From positions 704,001 through 768,000 of the forward strand of contig CAVQQD010000003.1 in the NCBI GenBank assembly GCA_963714975.1: 64,000 bases of DNA, given 5' to 3'. Position 1 is the first letter of the stretch. Each line of letters begins with the position of its first letter. Below the pieces are notes generated by a model. That model did no database searches, was not told the DNA's origin, and saw nothing but the letters and a program-made list of their open reading frames with translations. Made by a program: the position numbers and the translations under genes. The stretch comes from an uncultured Gammaproteobacteria bacterium. GTDB taxonomy: Bacteria; Pseudomonadota; Gammaproteobacteria; JAURND01. Positions 10,555 through 20,818 of this stretch are shown here, piece by piece.

Positions 10555-11316
10555 GTTCCATAATTTCCAGGGAGCTGTATTTTTCTCCCATAATTTCTCT
10601 AGATGCTGTTTATCTTTTAAAGTATCAAGCGGATGCCAAAATCCTTTATGTAAATAGCCGCTTAATTTTCCTTCTTCACTAATTTTAGCCATGCAATCAG
10701 ACTCTAGAATTGATTGATCATTATTCAGATATTTAAATACTCCAGGCTCACAAACATAGAATCCGGCATTTATCACAATATTGGGTTTCTCTGAGAAAGT
10801 TGTCGCGTAATTATGTTCTATTTCGACTTGACCAAAGCGATAGGGTTGTTGCACGCAAGTGACAGTGGCGATAGATTGGTTTTGCTTGTGAAAGGTGATG
10901 GTGGCTGGAATATCCAGATCACTTAAGCCGTCGCCATAGGTTAAACAAAAGGTTTCATTATCGAGATAGTCTTTGACTGCCAATAATCGACCACCGGTCA
11001 TGGTATTTTCCCCAGTGTCGACTAAATCAATGACCCAGTTTTCTTCGTGGTAATCATTGTAAGTAATTTTGTCGGTTTTTAAGTCGATTCGCGTGTGTTT
11101 GCAGTGATTTTGAAAATAATTGAGAAAGAACTCCTTGATGATGGGTCCTTTGTAGCCTAGGCAAATTACAAATTGATTGAAACCAAAATGATAATAAAGC
11201 TTCATGATATGCCAAATTATGGGGTATTCCCCCACCCTAATCATGGGCTTTGGTTGATGTAGCGTTTCTTCAGACACTCGAGTGCCAAAACCTCCTGCCA
11301 GGATTACCACTTTCAT
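10549..11316 (-). CDS. rfbF: glucose-1-phosphate cytidylyltransferase
   Basis: VILAGGFGTR, PKPM, DTGENTMTGGRL, TYGDG, GFWHPLDT, APWK. Confidence 0.92.
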   Translation of the reverse strand: MKVVILAGGFGTRVSEETLHQPKPMIRVGEYPIIWHIMKLYYHFGFNQFVICLGYKGPIIKEFFLNYFQNHCKHTRIDLKTDKITYNDYHEENWVIDLVDTGENTMTGGRLLAVKDYLDNETFCLTYGDGLSDLDIPATITFHKQNQSIATVTCVQQPYRFGQVEIEHNYATTFSEKPNIVINAGFYVCEPGVFKYLNNDQSILESDCMAKISEEGKLSGYLHKGFWHPLDTLKDKQHLEKLWEKNTAPWKLWNL

Positions 11317-11332
11317 TAAGTTCTCTCCTTAG

Positions 11333-11608
11333 AATATACCCATCGCCTTTGAAGGCGCTGGGTATATTTCTTTAAAATATGACCGTCGCAAGCAAAGCTT
11401 GCAACAGTCACTTAAGGGGGAAAATGGCGCTTTTCCCCCTTAAGAAACCCCCATCGCCTAGCAAGCACTTCAAGATGCCAAAAATACAGCATCTTGAAGT
11501 GCAATAGGTATAAATACCCGCAGCTAATTATAGCTGTAGTTAGGACTTGCGCATAACTACTCGATCCTCGTCCTGCGGATAAGTTTCCGAATGACGGTCG
11601 GGTAGTTA
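11333..11608. repeat. array of about six consecutive stem-loops
   Basis: Stems at 11333-11368, 11380-11410, 11411-11444 (perfect 14 bp), 11465-11502 (perfect 14 bp), 11521-11536 and 11554-11608. Confidence 0.75.
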
Positions 11609-11615
11609 CTTTACT

Positions 11616-13583
11616 TCATCTAAAAAGATTTTTTAACGCGAGCAAAGGATAAGAGGTCTTAAGTATTTTTAGCCTGCCCTCAGAAAAAATGAAAGGAAAA
11701 AGTTTTAATTTAGTTTCATCGTCGATATTAAGCTGCAGTTCCACCCGAGTTTTTTTCACCGAGATAATTTCACCAGAAAGCTCGATACAGTCATCCAGCA
11801 TAAGCTTTATTTTTTCACCTAATGCGAATTGCTTCTCTTCGGATTTTATTCGACACCAATCCTGCGAAAGACCAATCATGGTAAGATTAATTGGCGCATT
11901 ATCTCCTTGGCAAACGAGAACAGGATGGTCTGTCAGCCATAGATCATCTCCGTGGCCACGATCAACAGCCAACCGTAAAGCAAATGCGATAAATAATATG
12001 TTTGCTATTGACCAAATTATTCCTAAAGCATGACCTGCTATTGTGCAAGTAAAAGTGACACATGAAGTCACAACATACAAAATTCCTATTAAAAGGAAAC
12101 AGGCACAAAGCACTAACGGCAAAGCTACTTGATAATTGATATTAATTTTTTTAGCAAATTCTTTTTTGGTTACATCGACACGCAATTTTTTAATTTTAGA
12201 CATGGATCCGAGAATTGCCGACAATAAGGGAATGGCAATGACAAAATGCAGTGCATGGGTGATTAGAGGTATATAGGTTTTCTTACTTTTGAGGTATAAA
12301 AAAGCGAAGTTTGTGGCAATATAAGCAGGAATAAATAGCACCCAACTTAAGTCGTTTATGAACCCTACATTAATGGAAAAAAATAAATTTAATCCTGGTG
12401 CGATTAAATACAAAATTCTAAAAATGTAGCTAAGCCAAATAGCAATGACTCCTAAAAATAGCATTCTTGCCAATAAGCTTTGGCGTTTGACGGTGAAGGG
12501 ACCTTGTTTGGAAAAAAACTGTTGGATATCACCGATGGCCCATCTTTTGTTCTGACTGACAAATTGTCCAATACTTTCGGCAGCGGTACCGTAGGCAACT
12601 TCTTCTTGGAGAAAGAAGGTAATGTAATCGTGTTGGAGAAGCAGATAAGTTAAATTGATGTCCTCGGTTAAGGTATTTGTAGGAAAGCCTTCCACCAATT
12701 CTAAAGCTGCTCTTTTGGCTATAAATGGAGAACCGCAACAGGTAGCAATTCCTAAAGTATTCCTGCCGGGAGACAAAAAATCGTAAAAAAAACTGTTTTC
12801 AGCAGCTAAGGTTTCTTTGGCTTTAAAGCTATTTTGTAAAGGATCAGCGTTATAAAAATATTGCGGTGCTTGTACAATACCGATTTTTTGATTGGTTTGA
12901 TGAAAAGGCAATAACAATCGGTTAATGATGTTTTTTCTACATAGAAAATCAGAATCGATAACTAATATATATTCCGAATTGGTCAAAGCTTTAGTATGAT
13001 TTAGCGCATTGTTAAGGCTGCCAGGTTTTGAATTGATATGTTCAATTCTTTCTAAATAGTGAATATTATATTTTTGACATAATTCTTTTAAGGCAATTCT
13101 GTTGCCGTTATCGAGAATCCAGATTTGATAATCAGGATAATCGATATGTTTAGCACAGAGAATGGTTTTTTCTAAAAGCTCGATACTTTCGTTGTAGGTT
13201 GGAATAAAAACATCGACCTTTGGAAAGGAAATAGTGACTTCACGGGTAACACTCTTAGTCTTTTTGTTTAGACTAGATAGTATAAATCCATTAAAACAAT
13301 ACGAATAGATCAAGGTAGTTTCAGAGATGAAAAAAATCCAGGAGAATGCAGAGTTGAGCGACCACGGTGCTAAGGTATAATTTAAGCGCCAATACCAATA
13401 GATTAGGTTGATTAAAAATAAATAGAAAAAAATAGCACGATCTAGATAGAAATTATTAATTTTGTTTGAATACAGCAAAAGAATGAAGAATGGGATAGAT
13501 AAAAAGCTGATAAGCCACCCCAGTAAATTAATTGAGAGATATTCCATAGTATTTTTGTCCATAGTGTTAGGAGTTTGACACAA
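11616..13583 (-). CDS. BcsA/CesA-like processive GT2 glycosyltransferase with degenerate PilZ-like C-terminus
   Basis: VDVFIPTYNE, DSD, VQAPQYFYN, TED, QNKRW, multiple TM helices. Confidence 0.85.
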   Translation of the reverse strand: MCQTPNTMDKNTMEYLSINLLGWLISFLSIPFFILLLYSNKINNFYLDRAIFFYLFLINLIYWYWRLNYTLAPWSLNSAFSWIFFISETTLIYSYCFNGFILSSLNKKTKSVTREVTISFPKVDVFIPTYNESIELLEKTILCAKHIDYPDYQIWILDNGNRIALKELCQKYNIHYLERIEHINSKPGSLNNALNHTKALTNSEYILVIDSDFLCRKNIINRLLLPFHQTNQKIGIVQAPQYFYNADPLQNSFKAKETLAAENSFFYDFLSPGRNTLGIATCCGSPFIAKRAALELVEGFPTNTLTEDINLTYLLLQHDYITFFLQEEVAYGTAAESIGQFVSQNKRWAIGDIQQFFSKQGPFTVKRQSLLARMLFLGVIAIWLSYIFRILYLIAPGLNLFFSINVGFINDLSWVLFIPAYIATNFAFLYLKSKKTYIPLITHALHFVIAIPLLSAILGSMSKIKKLRVDVTKKEFAKKININYQVALPLVLCACFLLIGILYVVTSCVTFTCTIAGHALGIIWSIANILFIAFALRLAVDRGHGDDLWLTDHPVLVCQGDNAPINLTMIGLSQDWCRIKSEEKQFALGEKIKLMLDDCIELSGEIISVKKTRVELQLNIDDETKLKLFPFIFSEGRLKILKTSYPLLALKNLFR

Positions 13584-13643
13584 ATTACACTAAAATAACC
13601 CCAATCAGCTTAATGTTCAATAAAATGACGCGCATACATGGTC

Positions 13644-13676
13644 CTTAATATTTCCTTCAGATTTCTCATATATATT
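13644..13676 (+). promoter_or_regulatory. PmrA-type box and -10 element
   Basis: CTTAATATT-N2-CTTCAGATT-N7-TATATT, 11 bp upstream of the 2218-aa ORF. Confidence 0.7.
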
Positions 13677-13687
13677 TAGCTACGATT

Positions 13688-16600
13688 ATGACTACAGAAC
13701 TACAAGATACAAATCAAGGCCAAGAAACTTACGGGCAGCTGTCTCGTGAGAGAGCGAGAACGTATCCAATTTGGTCTAAAAAATCCACAGAGCAATGGCT
13801 GGGGGGCGGGAATACTACTCAAATAACTCCCATCATTCCTGTTGCAAAAGGGCCAGCTAAATTAGGTAAACTTTGGGCGATTGCTGGCAATCAAGACCGT
13901 TTTTTTTATAAACCTTCGCTGGAGAATTCTGCAGAAAAGAAAATTTTAATTGCCCACAATGCAATTAATACTTCGGGTGAGCTCGCTGTTTTGTCTAAGT
14001 TGATCAAACATTACAAGGTCTACCTCTGGGACGGAAAAAATCTGGCGGCAGCTAGCCCTTTAAACAGTTTGGCCGACTATTGGCAGCGGCGTAAAAACAT
14101 TCAGGTGGATTTTGCAACAAATATCAAAAAGCAGGTAAGAGAAAAACACCACCTCCCGACTGAAAATTTGATCGTGCTTGATAAACAAGCCTGGCTGGCT
14201 CGTTGGAGTATAGAGGGTCTCCCCCACCAACTTACCTTAGAAAGTTTAAGGAAAGAGGATATACAAAATTTGTTGCAAGGATTTGATACTAGTGTTGTTA
14301 CCCATATTCGCATCACTAATCTTGATTTAGACGATTTGGGTAGTTTGCAGCCTGCTCTAGAGTGTTTTCCTAACTTAACTACTGTGGAGTTTTGGGAGTC
14401 TTGGAAATCAGAATCGTTTGCAAGCTATTTAGAGCAAAGTATTCCGTTACTTAAAGGCTATCACATAGAACGCTTGATTATAGATGGGGTCATAGGGAAT
14501 ATTGCTCTAAATCTGCCGAGCACTGCGGGGATACCAAGCTTGGTTCTGAAAACTACCCAAGAACTAGAAAGCCTTGAGATTAGCATACCTAAGGGAGAGC
14601 ACTTAGATTTAATCATAAAAGGCCCGCAACCTAAAAAATGTTTCGTTTCGGACTCAATTAAGGTTAAACCTGAAGCAGCCTCAGAAAAATTTTATGTATC
14701 AACTATAAGAACCAAATCACCTGAACAATTACGCGAATTACTTGCCAGCGAAACCTGCAAAGAAGTACAAGCACTGGCGCTATCTGGTAATTTCAGCTCT
14801 GAAGACATGGTTCAATTGGCGACCAGTTTTCCTAACTTACAATACCTGGAACTCTGCAACTATGAGAGTGATATAGATGTTACTCTCAACTTTCCTGCCT
14901 TAGAGCGATGTTTGCTAGAAAGTTATGGGACAGTCCAGCTGGGTAATTGTCCGGAGCTGTATAGATTAGCAATCAGCCTGCATAAAAAAGAATATCTAAC
15001 GGTCCAATTTACCCAAGTCTTACCTGCATTGCAGGACTTAGAAATAGATAACTTACAGACTAAAAACTATCTCACTCTCCAATTTAACCAACCCTCTAAG
15101 CGCGCAGCGCCAAAGGACCAAAACGCAGTCGTAACACTTCAAAATGATTTCTTTGATTATTGTCCTGAACTCAGAAGACTGCACATGTGTGATGTGGATT
15201 GTGAGTTGCCCGAGGATTCCTTGTTGTTGGCCCAGACCAACCTCGACAAACTTGCTTACTATGAACTAAATACAGAGTCACGCAGCAGTGAAGAAGATGG
15301 AGAGCTAAAGGAAAGGAACGGTAGGGAAAGGGAATGGTCTCGAGTATCTCAGGAGCTCAGCAAGCTCATTCCCTTGTCGTCTAAGCTCCAGACCCTCACC
15401 CACCCAGGTCCCAGCGGTTCATCTGAGGTAAAGCCCACGCCTTGCTACGACCCAACCCTTCCTCACTCCGACCCAATCACTGAGGACAGGGGGGTTGATT
15501 TTGGCTTTTTTTCTCGAAGAGATTTGAATAGTCGCCCCAGTAGATTTAGCAAGCAAGCAGTTAAAGACCTTGGCTTGGTATCGCTGAGGCGTCCGGATTA
15601 CTCTTGGGGCCTGTCTTCATTTTGGCGTGATAAGGTTTTGGATCGCATCCAGTATGACCCTCAAAGCGATGCTATGTCTTTTGTGAGTTCAGACTATGAG
15701 CCAAGTTCACTGGAAAAAATTCCTTATCAGCAGCAAGGGCAAGGCCCTATTCCCCCTGGAAAACATAGCGGCGTTTGGTCGGCTAATTTGGGGGTAGGTG
15801 AAGATTATTCGCTGCCGTTAACAGCGCCGCCAGCTGTCGATGCACAATTGCAGATCTATCACGACGACGATCCTGGGACTGAGATAGGTTATTATTTCAA
15901 ACCTGACACGCAGCAATATTTTGTGCGGGTGTTAAAAGCGCCCGAAGATGCCAAAGTCGCTAAGGTAAAGCTTCATTATGATTTTGTCGCGGGTAAAAAC
16001 TATGTGTTTAGCCCTCCCGCGGCAGTGGCGGATGAGACACAGTCGCCAACAAATTCACCCGAATTACAAGCAGTGTTAGAAGATTTATTTTCCGATAAAA
16101 AATGCACGACCACGGAAAAAATCAACGCGTTGTGGGAGTATTGCCGCAATTTCAAGGACGAACCCCTGCAGGGTACTGCTCGTGAGGGTACTCTAAACCT
16201 GCTTATAGCGCGGATTAGACAAAAAGTGGGTACTATCAGCGATCGGGTTCAGGCATTTAAGTTGCTCTCCCTAGGCATTGCCGATGTGCGCATCATTGGG
16301 AATGGAACTTACAGTTATTGTGAAGTCCGCAGCCAAGATGGTTCTTGGCAACCGTTGGATTTTGGTGACGGTTTGGCAAAAGAACAGCTAGATCAGGAGT
16401 CTATTGATGAAGACCGCATCCGTTTTTATTCCGAGGAATATCTAAAGTGGGTGGGTGAGCGGCCTATTTTCGACCAGAAGTTGTGTAGCGTCGAGCAACC
16501 GGTGTTAATTTATCTGCCTAAAGGCACGACTGCAAAGCAGGCGAAAATCGCTGTGCTTCAAGCATTAGAGCCAGCAGATGATCAAGACTTTGGAGATTCA

Positions 16601-19600
16601 AAGGGGACGACGGCCACTGCTAAGCCGTTATTTATCAACCACCCAAATGACTTGACCCGTTATTGGGAAAGTTATGCCGTACAATCTGATCGATCTCGAA
16701 TTAAAGTGCCCGGTCCGTTACAGGAAATTTTTCAGAATGGTGGGAAATTAGTGATTAATTTCGCTGCCTTTGCTTACTTAGATCTGATCCGCCTGCAATC
16801 CCTATGGGAGCATAACACTTGGAATCAGCATTCCATCCAAGGCCCGGTTGAAATTATCGGGTTGCTCCATGAAGACACTCCTCGTCCGATGGGTTTTGCG
16901 CATAAGTTCACAGCCTGTACTTTAGAGCAGCCACTGACTCAGTACCAACCCCAGGAGGATAAGTACCAAGAGCCTGGTATATCTTGTCGTATAGACCCGG
17001 ACAGCCCCTGGGATGAACAACTGCTTGCCAATGTTAAATTCCACAAAAATAGCACTATTGAGTTGATTCCTGGTCCGCTGTTACAGGCCGTCGAGAAAAA
17101 CTGCCCCTTAACTATTGAGAATTGTCCCACTGATCCGCAGTTTCAGCAATTGTGGGATCAAATCGAAACCGAACAGCAGTTCTATTTTAATGGTGAGTTG
17201 AAGCCAGTGCCGGCCCAAACGATCCTTCGGGATGGCGCTATTCATCCTCAGGAGCATGGCCCCGTTCGTCCTAAGGAGCGAAGCGTCTCGAAGGACACGC
17301 CCTCAGGACGAACGGGGCTGTCTCGAAGAGATGAGCCCGTGGTGGGTGAACTGCGCTGTTTTAAGCCTGATGCGGAATTAAAGGGTGAAAGAATTTATCT
17401 GCATGTAAATAATTGGGATACTCTGTATGAAGAAATACATTACAACGAAAAGGACCATACAGTTTCCACTGAAATAGGCAAATTAGAGCAATTTAAGGAC
17501 AAGTCGCAGCAAGCGGTTTTTTATGTTACTCAACCCATCTCCTCGGCTGGTTGGGAGCAATTAGCTCATTATATTTTCAAGCATTTTCCCGGGGTACCCT
17601 ATCAGTTCCAATTAGCGCCGGGCATCACTGGCCCAGGAGTTACGGTTAATGCTCAAAAAGCAAAGTCTGAGCTTTTAAAGCCAGTGGCTTTAACCCAAGA
17701 GTTCAAGCTGGAAAAAAACAGCTGGTTTACCAGTAACGACCCGGATTATTTAGCAGAAAAATTACGGGATATCTGCAGTCAAAGCCATACAACCTCGATT
17801 ATTGACTTAACGCCACAATTAACTGTTTCTGATTTATTGGTCAGTGTAACGCCGCTGCCATCGGCAAAAAAACATCAAGATCCCAATCGTGAAGATTTAC
17901 TATTCAAAATTCAAAAGGAACAAGTATTTACTGCGCTTGAGGCTGGCGAAACGGTGATCTTAAATGGCACGATATCGCCACGCCTGCACGAAGAACTCGC
18001 TTCAGCCTTTGCGGAAGAACCTTACTTAGAATTCAATCATCAGCGTCATAAATTCTCCGGCCGTTTAATTATCGTAGAACCTAAAACTTCCCGGGCTGAC
18101 ATTAACGCCATTAGCTGTGATTTTACCCCAGAAGATTACGCGCAGGATTTATTAGCGGAAGAAAGTAAAAAATTTAAATTAACCGCAGTGCCTGACAAGG
18201 AAAAGGAACAAGCAATCGTCGAAAACCTGCTCAAATATTTTAAAGCGGCTAAATTTCCGCATCGTGGGGATGCGATGCCCAAAGATATTGGCATGACTTG
18301 GCAACGCTTAGTGCATATGAAACGGGCTCTGCTTTATCGCAAAAAACCCCTACATAGCCACAATCCCATTAAAGGGTTCATGCTGGATGATTATGCTAAA
18401 GACAGTGAGTACTACGCGTTTCTGAATATTCTAGTAAAATTTTTATTTGATAAAGACGACCAGCAACCGCAGCGCTCGCCCATTCGCCGCGAAAAATACC
18501 AGGAATATTGCGAAGAGATTAAGGCAAAGAATGCCGAGAGCAAAACTTATGCTTGGCGGTTATTAAATACCTGCGACGGTGCAACCTTGCGTAAGCTGCT
18601 CAAAGAAAATTGGCTTGAGCAGTTTTTTGCAACACCCTCAACGCCTTTTTTAGCCAACTCTTGGAACAGTCACAGCTGGTCAGAAACTTTGAAGGCTTTG
18701 GAAGCGGAGATTTCGCAAGACGAGTTTGGGGCTGAGCAAGAGACAGAGAATGAAGAAAAAGAGGTAGGGGGGATAGAAGATTCTCGTTCCTATCGGAAAA
18801 TGAATCAACGCTTATACGATCTGATTGATGAAGAACCTTCAATTTCTCAAGTCATCATCATCAAGGGCAATCCTGGGGTAGGCAAAACCAATTTTCTCAA
18901 TCAACTCCAAGACAAAGATCATAAAAGTAACCGAGAGCATAAAAACAACGGAGAAAAATACTCCTGTCACGAGGGTTTGGCGGATTGCAAAGCCTGGCTG
19001 AAGGATAAGACTCCCGGGAAAATCAAGCTCTTGATTTGGGATGAAGCCAACACCAACGCTCCAGAAGTTTTGAACTTTTTAAAGGGGATTCACAGCAACC
19101 GCCCAATCTTTTTAGATGGGGAATTTTATCAACCGACCCCGCAGCATAAAATTGTGGCCGCGGTTAATCCGGAGTGGTATTCCGGTCGGCATTATCAGGA
19201 TTTACTGCGATTCGGCGGAGAAACGATTCAGCTGCAGATGCCAGACAAAAAATATTTGAAAAAATATTTAACCAATACTTATAAAGTAACGGAAGCACTA
19301 GCTGATTATGCCCTAATCGGCGCTGATCTGTTTAAAAAATACGAGCCCTTGACCGCTTATTCTTTTCGTGACTTGCAAAGCTTGATGCAACGCTATAAAG
19401 CGTTGAGAAAAGCAGCAGCCCAAGAAACCAAGGAAGCCAAAACGGACCGGACAACTCGAACCGATTTGCGGACCTTATATGCCGCGCTTTGTGGCGAATT
19501 TGCCTTATGCATCGAGCCGGCAATACAGCAACAGCGTTTTCGGGCCGAACTGGCGCAAGCCCTGCAATTGGAAAAGGATTCATTAGTCAATCAGCCTGCC

Positions 19601-20344
19601 GAACCTTTTCAACTAGGATCCAAACTGTTTCCTCAGGAACTAAACAATGCCCAGCAAGCCCTGCAGCAAGCGCTGTTAATTCGTAACAGTGTGTTAGAGG
19701 ATTTTGCTCATGGCGAAACCGCGAACCTCGCTTTTAAACGTGGCCTCGTGTTGCAAAGTGCTGCTCCAGGAATCGGCAAAAACAGTTTGATCAAAGCGGT
19801 CCTTGAGGACCAGGGATATCAGGCTACAAAAGATTACTATGAAGTCACTGCCGGAGATGAAGATTTTGGAACGAAATTAGATCAGGCTTGGCGGGAAGGC
19901 GCCATCCTGGTTGTTAAAAATTTAAACCTTCTCAAGCCAAGCGAGGAGGCGCATTTAGGAGCAGTTTTAACCAAAATTAATTTAGAAAACCCGGGCCTGC
20001 TCGTGTTAGCGCAACAAAACTTCAGCACTGCAGGCACTAATCCCTTATCCCCAGCTTTATGCAATCGCTTACAGCTGATTACATTGCCGGAACCTTCCCG
20101 TGAATCGCTCGCTAAGCTGGCCGAACATCAACTCCCCAAACCGGCGGTATACCAAGAAAACTTAAGTGAAAATAGTGGTGAAGGTCGGGCTTTTGTCGAA
20201 GCCCTCAGGCGCTGCCACAAGCAAGCTACATCTGCTAATTCTTTAGCGAATGTGTATGAGTTTTTTTCCTTTCTTGAGTATATGGCTCGGAAAATGCTTG
20301 GGCAGTCTAAGCCTGCAGAATCTGGTCTCCCGTCCTCTATCTGA
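13688..20344 (+). CDS. 2218-aa multidomain protein (LRR-like, transglutaminase-like, midasin-like AAA repeats); candidate Dot/Icm effector
   Basis: FPNLxxLxL repeats; Walker A GNPGVGKT with LLIWDEAN; degenerate APGIGKN...LSPALCNR; upstream PmrA box. Confidence 0.75.
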   Translation: MTTELQDTNQGQETYGQLSRERARTYPIWSKKSTEQWLGGGNTTQITPIIPVAKGPAKLGKLWAIAGNQDRFFYKPSLENSAEKKILIAHNAINTSGELAVLSKLIKHYKVYLWDGKNLAAASPLNSLADYWQRRKNIQVDFATNIKKQVREKHHLPTENLIVLDKQAWLARWSIEGLPHQLTLESLRKEDIQNLLQGFDTSVVTHIRITNLDLDDLGSLQPALECFPNLTTVEFWESWKSESFASYLEQSIPLLKGYHIERLIIDGVIGNIALNLPSTAGIPSLVLKTTQELESLEISIPKGEHLDLIIKGPQPKKCFVSDSIKVKPEAASEKFYVSTIRTKSPEQLRELLASETCKEVQALALSGNFSSEDMVQLATSFPNLQYLELCNYESDIDVTLNFPALERCLLESYGTVQLGNCPELYRLAISLHKKEYLTVQFTQVLPALQDLEIDNLQTKNYLTLQFNQPSKRAAPKDQNAVVTLQNDFFDYCPELRRLHMCDVDCELPEDSLLLAQTNLDKLAYYELNTESRSSEEDGELKERNGREREWSRVSQELSKLIPLSSKLQTLTHPGPSGSSEVKPTPCYDPTLPHSDPITEDRGVDFGFFSRRDLNSRPSRFSKQAVKDLGLVSLRRPDYSWGLSSFWRDKVLDRIQYDPQSDAMSFVSSDYEPSSLEKIPYQQQGQGPIPPGKHSGVWSANLGVGEDYSLPLTAPPAVDAQLQIYHDDDPGTEIGYYFKPDTQQYFVRVLKAPEDAKVAKVKLHYDFVAGKNYVFSPPAAVADETQSPTNSPELQAVLEDLFSDKKCTTTEKINALWEYCRNFKDEPLQGTAREGTLNLLIARIRQKVGTISDRVQAFKLLSLGIADVRIIGNGTYSYCEVRSQDGSWQPLDFGDGLAKEQLDQESIDEDRIRFYSEEYLKWVGERPIFDQKLCSVEQPVLIYLPKGTTAKQAKIAVLQALEPADDQDFGDSKGTTATAKPLFINHPNDLTRYWESYAVQSDRSRIKVPGPLQEIFQNGGKLVINFAAFAYLDLIRLQSLWEHNTWNQHSIQGPVEIIGLLHEDTPRPMGFAHKFTACTLEQPLTQYQPQEDKYQEPGISCRIDPDSPWDEQLLANVKFHKNSTIELIPGPLLQAVEKNCPLTIENCPTDPQFQQLWDQIETEQQFYFNGELKPVPAQTILRDGAIHPQEHGPVRPKERSVSKDTPSGRTGLSRRDEPVVGELRCFKPDAELKGERIYLHVNNWDTLYEEIHYNEKDHTVSTEIGKLEQFKDKSQQAVFYVTQPISSAGWEQLAHYIFKHFPGVPYQFQLAPGITGPGVTVNAQKAKSELLKPVALTQEFKLEKNSWFTSNDPDYLAEKLRDICSQSHTTSIIDLTPQLTVSDLLVSVTPLPSAKKHQDPNREDLLFKIQKEQVFTALEAGETVILNGTISPRLHEELASAFAEEPYLEFNHQRHKFSGRLIIVEPKTSRADINAISCDFTPEDYAQDLLAEESKKFKLTAVPDKEKEQAIVENLLKYFKAAKFPHRGDAMPKDIGMTWQRLVHMKRALLYRKKPLHSHNPIKGFMLDDYAKDSEYYAFLNILVKFLFDKDDQQPQRSPIRREKYQEYCEEIKAKNAESKTYAWRLLNTCDGATLRKLLKENWLEQFFATPSTPFLANSWNSHSWSETLKALEAEISQDEFGAEQETENEEKEVGGIEDSRSYRKMNQRLYDLIDEEPSISQVIIIKGNPGVGKTNFLNQLQDKDHKSNREHKNNGEKYSCHEGLADCKAWLKDKTPGKIKLLIWDEANTNAPEVLNFLKGIHSNRPIFLDGEFYQPTPQHKIVAAVNPEWYSGRHYQDLLRFGGETIQLQMPDKKYLKKYLTNTYKVTEALADYALIGADLFKKYEPLTAYSFRDLQSLMQRYKALRKAAAQETKEAKTDRTTRTDLRTLYAALCGEFALCIEPAIQQQRFRAELAQALQLEKDSLVNQPAEPFQLGSKLFPQELNNAQQALQQALLIRNSVLEDFAHGETANLAFKRGLVLQSAAPGIGKNSLIKAVLEDQGYQATKDYYEVTAGDEDFGTKLDQAWREGAILVVKNLNLLKPSEEAHLGAVLTKINLENPGLLVLAQQNFSTAGTNPLSPALCNRLQLITLPEPSRESLAKLAEHQLPKPAVYQENLSENSGEGRAFVEALRRCHKQATSANSLANVYEFFSFLEYMARKMLGQSKPAESGLPSSI
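17222..17332. repeat. in-frame REP-like palindromic insertion in the 2218-aa gene
   Basis: Perfect 14-bp inverted repeat GCCCCGTTCGTCCT (17259-17272) / AGGACGAACGGGGC (17305-17318) inside an imperfect outer inverted repeat. Confidence 0.75.
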
Positions 20345-20762
20345 GGAAGTCCAGCTTGATGAAAGAAAAAAAGAGTTGCGAGTATCTGATGATGAAGAAA
20401 ACTTCGTCTCACCCTCTAATCGTAGTAACAATCGTTTCAATCGAGAAATTGATACTGAAAATAACCGCCGCGGTGCAGGCAAAAGTCCTGCCAATGATAA
20501 GCAAAATGAAACATCGGTAGCTAAGAAATGTCTGGCAATAGGACTAGCCATGTTAGTACTCGTCCCAACTGTTTACGGGCTAATTTATGATGCAAACCAG
20601 AATTTTCGTTTTATGAACCAAGCAACTCCCATAATTGATATCCCTAATTACAGTAGCTTGTTGTTGGGAGTTGCGTTCTGTTGCGTGGCCTTGCTGGCAT
20701 ATAAGAAAATAAAACCAGCAATTCCCTGTTTTAATCAGGAGAGTTCCTGCTGCGTTTCGTAA
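20250..20762 (+). CDS. hypothetical 2-TM protein ending CCVS (possibly the frameshifted C-terminus of the 2218-aa gene)
   Basis: Two hydrophobic helices and a terminal CaaX-like motif; no convincing start of its own. Confidence 0.55.
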   Translation: MCMSFFPFLSIWLGKCLGSLSLQNLVSRPLSEEVQLDERKKELRVSDDEENFVSPSNRSNNRFNREIDTENNRRGAGKSPANDKQNETSVAKKCLAIGLAMLVLVPTVYGLIYDANQNFRFMNQATPIIDIPNYSSLLLGVAFCCVALLAYKKIKPAIPCFNQESSCCVS

Positions 20763-20818
20763 TAATAAATTCTAATGAGAATGCCAGTTACTGTTTACAA
20801 TAAGTAATTGAGAGAGTA

